Below, piece by piece: positions 1-8,083 of a stretch of 32,000 bases of DNA. How positions within the stretch are numbered: the first letter of the stretch is position 1; every line of letters starts with the position of its first letter. A program made the position numbers and the translations under genes. The notes under the pieces were generated by a model, which worked only from the letters and a program-made list of their open reading frames with translations, was not told where the DNA came from and did no database searches. Source of the stretch: Faecalibaculum rodentium (GTDB lineage: Bacteria; Bacillota_I; Bacilli_A; Erysipelotrichales; Erysipelotrichaceae); NCBI RefSeq assembly GCF_001564455.1, contig NZ_CP011391.1, positions 1,800,001 to 1,832,000 of the forward strand, read 5' to 3'.

Positions 1-4
1 ACCC

Positions 5-496
5 ATGAACCAGGAACTCATTTTGCAGCAGCTGAAAGACGCCGTTGCCGCCTGTCGGGTGAATCCGGCAGTGCAGTCTGAAGAAAACAGGCAGATCCTG
101 AAAGAGTTTGAAGACCTTCTGAATGATGCAGAGTACGAAAACTCCAGAGAGACACCGCTGGATGCTCTCGACTTCATCCTCTCGAGTCTCGGTGCATTCT
201 CTTCTCTTCTGATGTTGGCGAATGAAATCCTGCGGATTATGACGGACCTGGAACACCGGTATACGAAGAGCTGCAAACTGCGATTCAAGGAACTGTACAG
301 CTGGCTGGATGGTGCACTGGATGCATGCAGTGATTTGTCCGGTGGAGACGAGGAACTGCAGATGGTTCAGGAGGACTTCCTGCAGTCTCTGCTGACAGTT
401 GCCTCAACCGCATTGAACAGACGGACGGGAAAAAAGAAGCGGACCGGTACTGGAATGACCTCAAGGGCACACTCCATCAAATGCAGCACTCGGTGA
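5..496 (+). CDS. Hypothetical acidic helical protein, N-terminal part (probably the same gene as 481..1461, split by a frameshift; may also extend upstream of the window)
   Basis: Codon usage looks coding up to about nt 430. The last ~22 residues (RRTGKKKRTGTGMTSRAHSIKCSTR) look out of frame. No family recognised. Confidence 0.45.
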   Translation: MNQELILQQLKDAVAACRVNPAVQSEENRQILKEFEDLLNDAEYENSRETPLDALDFILSSLGAFSSLLMLANEILRIMTDLEHRYTKSCKLRFKELYSWLDGALDACSDLSGGDEELQMVQEDFLQSLLTVASTALNRRTGKKKRTGTGMTSRAHSIKCSTR

Positions 497-1461
497 ATAC
501 GGAAGTGGATCTGCTGGAGTCTCTGCTTCAGCCGATGGTGGCTGCCGGTCATTCATTGAGAGATGAAGACGAAGCAGAAGCAAAGGAAGGTCAGTCACCG
601 GAAGAGGTGCAGAACCAGGATCTGGAGCGTTTTCTGCAGCAGCTGGATCCGGATCCCGGCCTGGTTCCGGATGAAGCGCCTGACAGTGATGAGGATCATG
701 ACAGTCTCTGGTCATCCATGGCCGAAGGACTGCCGCCGGAAACACTCTCCAGTGAAGAGTTCCAGAGTCTCGTGGACGGGTTACGGAACACTGTGCAGGA
801 TACCATGGAGTCAGCCGGACAGGAGGACCCGGAACTTTCCGAAGTGATGTCACAGGTCCCTGGCATACTCAAAAAGGCGCTGGAATCTGGAGAGGACGCA
901 GAAGATCTCTGGTATGACATCCACAGGTACTTCCTGCTCCTGCAGGATACTGTCGAAGAAGAGCGGATGCGCACGCTGTCAGCCCTGGAATACCACACAT
1001 GGATGAAGTTCGACCACACTCTGTCCCTGCTGGAAAAAGTGTACAACCTGCAGGACTATCTGGATGGGATGGAATCCGGTCTGGACCTGCATCACAGCAG
1101 GGACCAAACCCCTGTCTGCCTGGCGATGGAGCCTCTCCAGGAGTACAGAGTGACTGTCTGCAAAGTTCTGGAAGAGCTCTGTTCCCATGAACAGGATCCG
1201 ACAGACAGGCAGCTGCAGTCTGTCCGGGCGTCTGCAGCGCAGGATCTCCTGAAAGGAAGCAGGCTGCTGAACGATGCGTTTAACTGGGTGAACGGTCTCT
1301 GCAACTGGATGATTTCCGCGGAGCTGGATGCTGCAGGAGATCTGGAGGACATGGATGACGAGAACTGCCTGGCCACAGATCAGGATGGCATAGACGAAGA
1401 TCCCGGCTATGTGATGAGTCTGACTGACAAAGTGCTGAACTCAAAGCCGTCAGACCAGTAA
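481..1461 (+). CDS. Hypothetical D/E-rich protein (C-terminal part of the putative split gene)
   Basis: 326-aa ORF with consistent G+C-rich third positions. Its frame is already open from nt 334 and reads naturally upstream of the listed ATG. There is no SD before ATG 481. Confidence 0.55.
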   Translation: MQHSVNTEVDLLESLLQPMVAAGHSLRDEDEAEAKEGQSPEEVQNQDLERFLQQLDPDPGLVPDEAPDSDEDHDSLWSSMAEGLPPETLSSEEFQSLVDGLRNTVQDTMESAGQEDPELSEVMSQVPGILKKALESGEDAEDLWYDIHRYFLLLQDTVEEERMRTLSALEYHTWMKFDHTLSLLEKVYNLQDYLDGMESGLDLHHSRDQTPVCLAMEPLQEYRVTVCKVLEELCSHEQDPTDRQLQSVRASAAQDLLKGSRLLNDAFNWVNGLCNWMISAELDAAGDLEDMDDENCLATDQDGIDEDPGYVMSLTDKVLNSKPSDQ

Positions 1462-1513
1462 AGCATGAGCGGCATTCCATCACCGACGTGCCTCTTCTTC
1501 ATTCTGCACACAA

Positions 1514-1570
1514 AGACAGCCGGCCTCCCTCACACCAGTGGCGAGCAAAAGCCGGCTATTTGCTGTCTGT
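1514..1570. terminator. Possible bidirectional stem-loop between convergent genes
   Basis: AGCCGGC (1518-1524) pairs with GCCGGCT (1551-1557), with outer GACAGC/GCTGTC arms. The loop is large and the T-runs weak. Confidence 0.3.
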
Positions 1571-1621
1571 ATATACGCAGGCCTGCCTGCCGCCATCGGC
1601 ATAGTCGATTTGTACCGCCGG

Positions 1622-3493
1622 TTATTCCTCAGCTTCCTCCACCTGGGCGAGTTTTTCCTCCCACTCGCGGTACAACGCCGCAATGGCATTGTGCTGGTCG
1701 TCGATCTGCGCGTCCAGTTCCTCCATTTTCCGGTAATCCTGGTAATACTCCGGTTCATAGCGGAGCTCGCGCATGGCCTCGAGCTTCTCCTCTTCCTGGC
1801 CAATGAGCTCCTCGAGTTTCCGAATCCGGTTTTTCAGCGCCTTCTGGTCCTGGAACGAGGCCTTGGCTGCGGGTTTCTTCTCCGCCGCTCTGGTTTCCTC
1901 CTGCACAGGTTCGGCCCGGCCCTCGAGGTAATCAGCGTATCCTCCGTCGAACAGCGTGGTCTTCCCGTCCCGGATTTCCAGGATCTTCGTCGCGGATTTT
2001 TCCAGAAACATCCGGTCGTGGCTGACAAACACGACCGTCCCGTCGTAGTCCTTCAGCGAATCCTCCAGTGCCTCGCGGGCGGGTATGTCCAGGTGGTTGG
2101 TGGGTTCGTCCAGGAGCAGCACATTGTCATGGGCAAGCATGAGCTTCGCCAGCGCCAGGCGGACGCGCTCTCCCCCGGAGATGTCCGAGATGTCCTTGAA
2201 CACTTCATCCTGTGTAAAAAGAAAGCTGGCCAGGGTACTGCGGATCTCCGTCTGCGTGGCATTGGGGGCCACGTCCCAGAGCTCGTCGATCACGGTCCCG
2301 GTTCCCGTGTCCTGGGCTGTGTCCTGGTCAAAATACCCCAGGTCCACCTGGTGCCCCCAGCGGAAGGTGCCCGAGAGGGGGGCCAGTTTCCCGGCTATGG
2401 TTTTCATGAACGTGGACTTTCCCGTCCCGTTGGGACCCACGATGCCCAGGCGCTCGCCTTTCATCAGCGTGAAGGTGGCATCGGCCAGAACCGATTCATA
2501 CCCGGCCTGCAGGTGATCGGTTTCCAGCACCCGTTTGCCGCCGGGACGGGCACTGGTGAACCGTGCCTTCATGCGGCTGCGGTCACTTTTCGAGTCCTCG
2601 ATGCGCTCCATGCGGTCGAGCTGTTTGATCTTGCTCTGCGCAAACGCCGCCTTGTTTTTCTTGTACCGGAACTTCTCGATGAGCGCCTCCATGTTCCGGA
2701 TCTGTTCCTGCTGACGCATATAGGCATCGTGGTTTTTCTCCAGCCAGTCTTCCTTGGCCTTCACGAACTGCGTGTAGCTCCCGGGCCAGATCCGGACTTT
2801 CCCGAACTCGATTTCCGCGATTTCATCCACCACGTGGTCCAGGAACATCCGGTCGTGGCTGACAATGATCACCGCGCCCGGGTATCGCTTCACATATCCC
2901 TCCAGCCATTCGATGGACCCGATGTCCAGGTGGTTGGTGGGTTCATCCAGGAGCAGGACATCGGGTTTCGACAGGAGCAGCTTCACCAGGCCGATCCTGG
3001 TGCGCTGGCCGCTGGAGAACTCCGAAAGCTTTCGATCCAGGTCCTCTTCCGAAAACCCGAAGTGGTGAAACACCGTCTTCAGTTCCTTCTCATATTCATA
3101 CCCGCCCTTTGCCTGGTATTCCGTCTGCAGGCGGTCGAATTTTTCCAGATTCGCCTCGCTGGGATCCGTTTCCAGCACCCGTGTCAATGTCTCCATGTCG
3201 CGTTCCAGCTGCTTCAGGGGCTCAAACACCTCCAGAAGCGCTTCATGCACGGTCCTGTCCAGGTCTGAAAAAGTGATCTGACTCAGGGTGCCGACCTGCA
3301 CGTTTTTCGGCACGATCACCTGACCCCTGTCCAGGTCTTCCTCTCCGGCCATGATCCGCAGCAGGGTGGTCTTCCCCGCCCCGTTGCGGCCCACCAGGCC
3401 GATTTTTTCGCTGCCTTTCACCTGCAGCCCGGCACCTTCCAGTATGTCGAAGGCTCCGAAACTCTTGTATCCGTCACTGATCTGCAGTTTCAC
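1622..3493 (-). CDS. ABC-F family ATPase (two ABC ATP-binding domains, no TM domain, C-terminal coiled-coil tail; translation-factor type)
   Basis: Two Walker A motifs (GRNGAGKTT, GPNGTGKST), two signature motifs (SGGQRTR, SGGERVR), and a charged inter-domain linker. The GTG start at 3493 is preceded by AAGAGGTG. The track ATG at 3526 is an alternative start. Confidence 0.9.
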   Translation of the reverse strand: MKLQISDGYKSFGAFDILEGAGLQVKGSEKIGLVGRNGAGKTTLLRIMAGEEDLDRGQVIVPKNVQVGTLSQITFSDLDRTVHEALLEVFEPLKQLERDMETLTRVLETDPSEANLEKFDRLQTEYQAKGGYEYEKELKTVFHHFGFSEEDLDRKLSEFSSGQRTRIGLVKLLLSKPDVLLLDEPTNHLDIGSIEWLEGYVKRYPGAVIIVSHDRMFLDHVVDEIAEIEFGKVRIWPGSYTQFVKAKEDWLEKNHDAYMRQQEQIRNMEALIEKFRYKKNKAAFAQSKIKQLDRMERIEDSKSDRSRMKARFTSARPGGKRVLETDHLQAGYESVLADATFTLMKGERLGIVGPNGTGKSTFMKTIAGKLAPLSGTFRWGHQVDLGYFDQDTAQDTGTGTVIDELWDVAPNATQTEIRSTLASFLFTQDEVFKDISDISGGERVRLALAKLMLAHDNVLLLDEPTNHLDIPAREALEDSLKDYDGTVVFVSHDRMFLEKSATKILEIRDGKTTLFDGGYADYLEGRAEPVQEETRAAEKKPAAKASFQDQKALKNRIRKLEELIGQEEEKLEAMRELRYEPEYYQDYRKMEELDAQIDDQHNAIAALYREWEEKLAQVEEAEE

Positions 3494-3594
3494 GGTCTGC
3501 ACCTCTTTTCTGCTGCTGTGTGTCATGCGCCCGCTGCCTGCCGGTCACCCGGCATGATCTGCCGGCTTCAGGCATCACCCGGCTGACACTGACT

Positions 3595-5055
3595 TTATTC
3601 TGCCCGGGAAGGATCTGTTCCCTGCTCCGTCGAGTCCTGGGCGGGAACGGAAGATGCCTGGGGTGTGCCGGTGGATCCGCCGACAGCCTGGGTTTCGCTG
3701 TCGGATTCCGGCGGTTCGATCCCGTAGTATTCCAGGATCCCGGCTGCGAGTCCATCCGCGATCTGTTCCTTGTGTGTCAGGTAGTATTCCATGGAGTCTT
3801 CGTTTTCCGCGTTCCCGAACACGAACTGCACGGGATACATGCCGGCTGCATCCTGGTACATCTGGTTGCCGGTGATGACGCCGCTCTGGCCCGCCCAGGT
3901 GATCTTCCCGCCGGTTTCCCGGATTGCCGGGGTCATGGAGAACTGGTTGTAGCTCCAGTCTTCGTTCTGCTGCTGGGTATCATAGGCTACGGCATCATCG
4001 GGGGCCGTGGCGTTCACGCTCCGGAGTTCAATCCCTGCCTGGCGCAGGGCGTAGGCCATGTTGGAAGGGAGGCTGCCGGACACGAAAGGACTCGTGAGCA
4101 GCCATGGCCTGGCCGTATTCTCGTCTTCTGTCATGACCAGGGACAGGAACACCTTGCCCTGGCGGCTGTATCCGGCTGCGGCCCGGCCTGCATCTCCGTA
4201 GTACCCGGCAATGTCGTCTCCTTGCCGCGTGTAGGCGACCTTGAGCCCTGCAGCCTCGAGTCTGGCGGCAACCAGGTCGGCGAGTTCCATGGCCAGCTGC
4301 GATTCGCTGGAGTCCTTGTACTGTGTGCCGGTATCCGTCACACCGGTGAGCTCATTGTACAGATTGCCGCCGGGGTCCAGGACCACGTCCACGGTCTTCA
4401 CTCTGGGCACCTGGTCGGTCACGACCAGGAAGGCATAGTTGCGGTCCAGGGTGATGTCGTAGTCAGACAGGATGTCCCTGTCGGCATCCAGCACCACCGA
4501 TTTTACGCTTTTGTCCCGCCGCATGGTTTCCAGGGGATCCGACAGGACTTTTTCGTCGAAATACACCCGTTTTTTGTCGTACTGATCGTAGAGATAGATT
4601 TCGTACACCCCTTCGGGCAGGTTCCCGGTCTGGATGCCCAGGTCTCCGCCGCCTCCAAACGTATAGGATAACTCTTCGCCGGTGAGGATGTTGCGCAGGG
4701 TGATGTTCTTTCCCAGTGTCGGGTCTGTGACAATGGGATCGTAGGGATTCTGGTACAGGGTCAGGGTTTCACCGAGAATGGCGTAGTCCTGGACCGGGTA
4801 TACCTCATTTTCGGAGAATTCCGTATGGATACCCTCCTGCACGGCTTTCCGGTCACTGGTTTCCAGGACGGTAAGGTCCAGCTTGTCAATGGGGCCGGGT
4901 CTGTTGAACCACCAGTAGGTGCCGACTGTCAGGGCTGCGGCGAGTATGACCAGCAGGGCCCAGCCGTAGGGTGACAGCCGGCGTTTCCTGACGGGTCCGG
5001 ACTGTTTCTGTGTTGTATGGTTGCGGCGCAAAAGCCGTCGGATTCGTTTTCGCAT
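3595..5055 (-). CDS. Membrane-anchored protein with C-terminal N-acetylmuramoyl-L-alanine amidase (Amidase_3)-like domain, apparently lacking canonical Zn ligands
   Basis: N-terminal basic segment plus one TM helix (WALLVILAAALTVGTYWWF). The C-terminal half follows the Amidase_3 layout (VVLDPGG..., SESQLAMELA..., FVFGNAENEDS...). Start is ATG 5055 or TTG 5103. Confidence 0.6.
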   Translation of the reverse strand: MRKRIRRLLRRNHTTQKQSGPVRKRRLSPYGWALLVILAAALTVGTYWWFNRPGPIDKLDLTVLETSDRKAVQEGIHTEFSENEVYPVQDYAILGETLTLYQNPYDPIVTDPTLGKNITLRNILTGEELSYTFGGGGDLGIQTGNLPEGVYEIYLYDQYDKKRVYFDEKVLSDPLETMRRDKSVKSVVLDADRDILSDYDITLDRNYAFLVVTDQVPRVKTVDVVLDPGGNLYNELTGVTDTGTQYKDSSESQLAMELADLVAARLEAAGLKVAYTRQGDDIAGYYGDAGRAAAGYSRQGKVFLSLVMTEDENTARPWLLTSPFVSGSLPSNMAYALRQAGIELRSVNATAPDDAVAYDTQQQNEDWSYNQFSMTPAIRETGGKITWAGQSGVITGNQMYQDAAGMYPVQFVFGNAENEDSMEYYLTHKEQIADGLAAGILEYYGIEPPESDSETQAVGGSTGTPQASSVPAQDSTEQGTDPSRAE

Positions 5056-5394
5056 GGTTCCATTATATCTGTGAATGCCCGGACCAGAAACAGGCAGAGA
5101 CAAAAGGTACGCTCACCCGTCCAGTGCAGCAGACCATTGATGGTTTGCTGCCCGGGAGCAGTTCGCGTGAAGCGACGTGCAGCGATTCTAGACTGTCTCG
5201 ATGATGCGATGCACGCTTCTTGTGCCGTGCCGCAACCTGATGCAGGCAGAAACAATCGGCTTACAGAATTTTCCCTCCGAGGATCTGTTCAAGCTATGTG
5301 ATGAACGGGTTGCACGAGACATGTAAACCTCGGAGCACCGTTTGTCATCACAATTCATACACCGGGCGTTTTCCCACCCGGAGGCCTGCCCGGC

Positions 5395-5424
5395 AAAAAG
5401 GGAGGACCGCTCTCCGGTCCTCCC
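5395..5424 (-). terminator. Rho-independent terminator of the heptad-repeat protein gene
   Basis: Minus strand reads GGGAGGACCG-gagag-CGGTCCTCCC followed by TTTTTG, 67 nt after the stop at 5491. Confidence 0.75.
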
Positions 5425-5490
5425 TTCTGCTGCCTGCGAAACTGCTGTGCTGTTCAGCCGGCTGCATCAGTCTGCTGCCTCTCTTGCCGG

Positions 5491-8052
5491 TTATTTATCG
5501 GCTTCCTTGTCAGCCGTCTTGTCCTTGCTGCCGGCTGGCTGGTTTCCATCATCGGCCTTTTTATCCGACTGGATTTCCTGTGTCCGGAAGACATACATCG
5601 TCCGGGTTTCGGCATCCTTCGGGGCACCCGCAAAGACTTCATACTCGGCATTCAGGTCACGTACATCCCCTGCGAGCTTCTTGAAGACCTCCAGGTCACC
5701 CGCCGCGACATTCACGCTGTCATTCAGTTTCTTCGTGCCGCTGCTGACAAATTCCTGGTTGCCGTCGTAAAGCTGTCTGGCGCCGCTGTTGAGCTGGTCC
5801 ACCGCCGAGGTCAGCTGGCTCATGCCGCTGCCCAGTTCGGACAGTCTGCCTTTCTGGCCCTCCAGCTGTGCCGTTCCGTCATCCAGCTGCGTGGCGCCGG
5901 CTACCAGGGCCGCATTGTTGCCCGTCAGCTGGTCAGCACCGGCATTGACCTGATCCAGGGCCGCTTTGGACTGCGTCTGAAGCTGTGCAAGGCCCGTTTC
6001 CAGGGCAGCCACACCTGTGTTCAACGAATCAGCACCGGCAGACAGCTGAGCCACACCCGCTTTCAGCGCATCAATGTTCTCCGGCAGCTTCATCCCCTGC
6101 ATCTGCTGCTGCATGCCATCCAGTGTCTGGATGGATGCCGTCAGGTCCGCATCCAGTCCATCGAGTGCCTTGCCGGCATCCGTCAGCTGCCCGGCCATCG
6201 GCGTCAGGGTCTGTCCGACCTTCTCCAGGGTCTTCTGGATTCCCTGGAGGTCTGCCATGAGCTGCGTGCCGTCCAGGGCCTTCAGGCTGTTCAGGTCCTG
6301 TACAGCCGCCACATCGGCTTTTGCCTGCTGCAGAGCTGCGATCTGGGAATCGATCTGCGTGGTATCCACCTGGGCTGTGGCTGCGGTTGCCGCGGCGTTC
6401 ACCGTGATCTGCTTGTCAGCCGGGAGCTCCGCATTGGCGGCGGCCACCGCCTGCTGAATGGAGGCATTGGTCTCCGACGCCGCCTGCTGGCTGCTGGCAT
6501 CTGTTGCCTCCGCAGACTGTACCACAGCTGCCTTCGCATCCGTCAGCGCCTGAATCGAGGCGTCGATCTGGTTCGTGACAGAGGTTTTCGCGGCTGTCAG
6601 CTGTGTCTGGCTGTCGGCGATCATCTGGTTGTCCGCTGCAATGGTGTCCGTAATGGTCTGCATCTGACCAGCGGCATCCTGCACCGCGGCTTCAAACTGC
6701 GGCATGGCCTGCTGCAGCTGGGTCATGGAGGCGGAAGCCGAGGACATGGAAGTCTGCAGAGCGGTCAGCACCTGCCGGTCTTTTGCCACTGTCTGCTGCA
6801 TACCCTCCAGTTGTGTCTTTGCACCAGCCAGCAGCTGGTTCACACCCGCTGCATCCAGCTGATCCACGGATCCCTGCAGCTGTTTCAGACCCGCTGCAAG
6901 AGACTCACTTCCCTTTTTCAGCGTCATCACCGACCCGTCGGTGCTGGAGACGCTGCTCTGTACCTGGCCGATACCATCCGTGATGCCATAGAGCTGCTTC
7001 GTGCCAGCTGCCAGCTGCTCTTCCCCGGCTGTATAAGCCAGCAGGCCGGCCTTCAGCGTGGAGGTTCCATTGTGCAGCTGCGTAGCGGCATCCCCGAGCT
7101 GCGAAATCTGGGGCAGAGCCGATGTCAGCGGCTGAATGCCGGCCTTCAGCTGCGATGTGCCATCATAGAGCTGCTTCGATCCGTCCTCCAGCTGCAGGCT
7201 CGCATCATACAGCTGCTTCACGCCGCCTGTCAGTTCGCTCACAGACCCCAGCTGCGGGATCTCCTCCAGATCCAGGTCATTGGTCATGGCCATCATCAAC
7301 CCGGACGGATCGTACTCCTTCACATCGGCCGTGATCTCGATTTCATCCGAGATGTCCAGCTCCTTCGCCATATCCGACAGACCGGCCTGCTGCATGGTTT
7401 CCTCCAGGCCTGGAACAGCCGCGAAGGCCAGGAACTCATTTGTGCCATCGGACACAATCTTGCCCTGGGCGCACTTCACGTTCTTGCAGTTCTCTGCATC
7501 CATGTCCATCATGCCGCCCGCCAGGAAGGAGGGATGAACCGTCACGGTCTTCCCGTTGAGCTGCACCTGCTTTCCGACGTTGTTCGTGAACCGGATTCTG
7601 ATTCCCAGCTTTCCGCTCTTTCCCGCCAGGTCTTCGGCCTTGATGTCCCTGCCGTCCAGGGTGTAGTCGATCTGCACCGAAACCGGCAGTTCTTTCGTGG
7701 CGTCGCCTTTGTACCAGATGTCCTTCTCCGAAGAGTTCCAGGTATAGGTCTCGCCTGAAACCGAGGGCTTGTCGTCACCCTTGACGTTCTCGACATTCTT
7801 CAGCTTCAGGTCTTCCTTCACATTGTGCAGGCCGTCGTCGTCATGCAGCCAGGCGGAGACCACAGTGCTGTTGACCGACCCGTCGGGGTTGAGCACTGTA
7901 TAGACCGTTTCGGTTTTCTCCGTCGGATTGTTGTCTTCCGCCGCAAATACCTGTGCCGGAATCATGCCGGCCGCCATGGTGGCCGCCAGGATCGCTGTGC
8001 CGATCTTCTGGATATAGTGTCTGCTCATACGCAGTCCGTTTTCTTTGTTCAT
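5491..8052 (-). CDS. Secreted protein with beta-rich N-terminal domain and long X-X-X-Leu-X-X-Gly heptad-repeat region (YhgE/Pip-like extracellular domain, no membrane anchor)
   Basis: Signal peptide (ILAATMAAGMIPAQVFA/AEDN). Repeated QLxDGxxQLxxG-type units (QLYDGTSQLKAG, QLHNGTSTLKAG, QLDDGTAQLEG, QLNSGARQLYDG). K/D-rich tail. Lies 31 nt downstream of the MMPL gene. Confidence 0.8.
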   Translation of the reverse strand: MNKENGLRMSRHYIQKIGTAILAATMAAGMIPAQVFAAEDNNPTEKTETVYTVLNPDGSVNSTVVSAWLHDDDGLHNVKEDLKLKNVENVKGDDKPSVSGETYTWNSSEKDIWYKGDATKELPVSVQIDYTLDGRDIKAEDLAGKSGKLGIRIRFTNNVGKQVQLNGKTVTVHPSFLAGGMMDMDAENCKNVKCAQGKIVSDGTNEFLAFAAVPGLEETMQQAGLSDMAKELDISDEIEITADVKEYDPSGLMMAMTNDLDLEEIPQLGSVSELTGGVKQLYDASLQLEDGSKQLYDGTSQLKAGIQPLTSALPQISQLGDAATQLHNGTSTLKAGLLAYTAGEEQLAAGTKQLYGITDGIGQVQSSVSSTDGSVMTLKKGSESLAAGLKQLQGSVDQLDAAGVNQLLAGAKTQLEGMQQTVAKDRQVLTALQTSMSSASASMTQLQQAMPQFEAAVQDAAGQMQTITDTIAADNQMIADSQTQLTAAKTSVTNQIDASIQALTDAKAAVVQSAEATDASSQQAASETNASIQQAVAAANAELPADKQITVNAAATAATAQVDTTQIDSQIAALQQAKADVAAVQDLNSLKALDGTQLMADLQGIQKTLEKVGQTLTPMAGQLTDAGKALDGLDADLTASIQTLDGMQQQMQGMKLPENIDALKAGVAQLSAGADSLNTGVAALETGLAQLQTQSKAALDQVNAGADQLTGNNAALVAGATQLDDGTAQLEGQKGRLSELGSGMSQLTSAVDQLNSGARQLYDGNQEFVSSGTKKLNDSVNVAAGDLEVFKKLAGDVRDLNAEYEVFAGAPKDAETRTMYVFRTQEIQSDKKADDGNQPAGSKDKTADKEADK

Positions 8053-8083
8053 GTGTTTCCTGGGTCCTTTCTGTCCCCGCCTG

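Noticed and set aside
1538-3268. Long plus-strand ORFs antisense to real genes: 1538..3268, 3520..4671, 6811..7758, 8498..9751, 15013..17106, 17191..18456, 21959..22828, 23046..24992. Also the minus-strand ORF 26012..26977.
   Set aside because: Each lies fully opposite a gene with clear family motifs. Their translations are Arg/Gly/His/Pro-rich low-complexity strings typical of antisense frames in high-G+C DNA. None has a convincing SD.
5104-5394. Possible c-di-AMP (ydaO-type) riboswitch in the ~390-nt region upstream of the amidase-like gene, and likewise upstream of ktrB (25086-25189).
   Set aside because: The gene classes fit what ydaO riboswitches usually control. But I could not find the conserved ACGGGGA / GGGGACCCA / CCGAACCCG-type cores by eye, and the ktrB upstream region is too short. 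An Infernal scan would settle it.
5491-5530. Similar K/D-rich C-terminal tails (DKTADK) on the heptad-repeat protein and on the DUF4015 protein (27380-27412), considered as a shared sorting signal.
   Set aside because: The match is only 5 to 6 residues of low-complexity charged sequence. That is too short to distinguish from chance without more examples.
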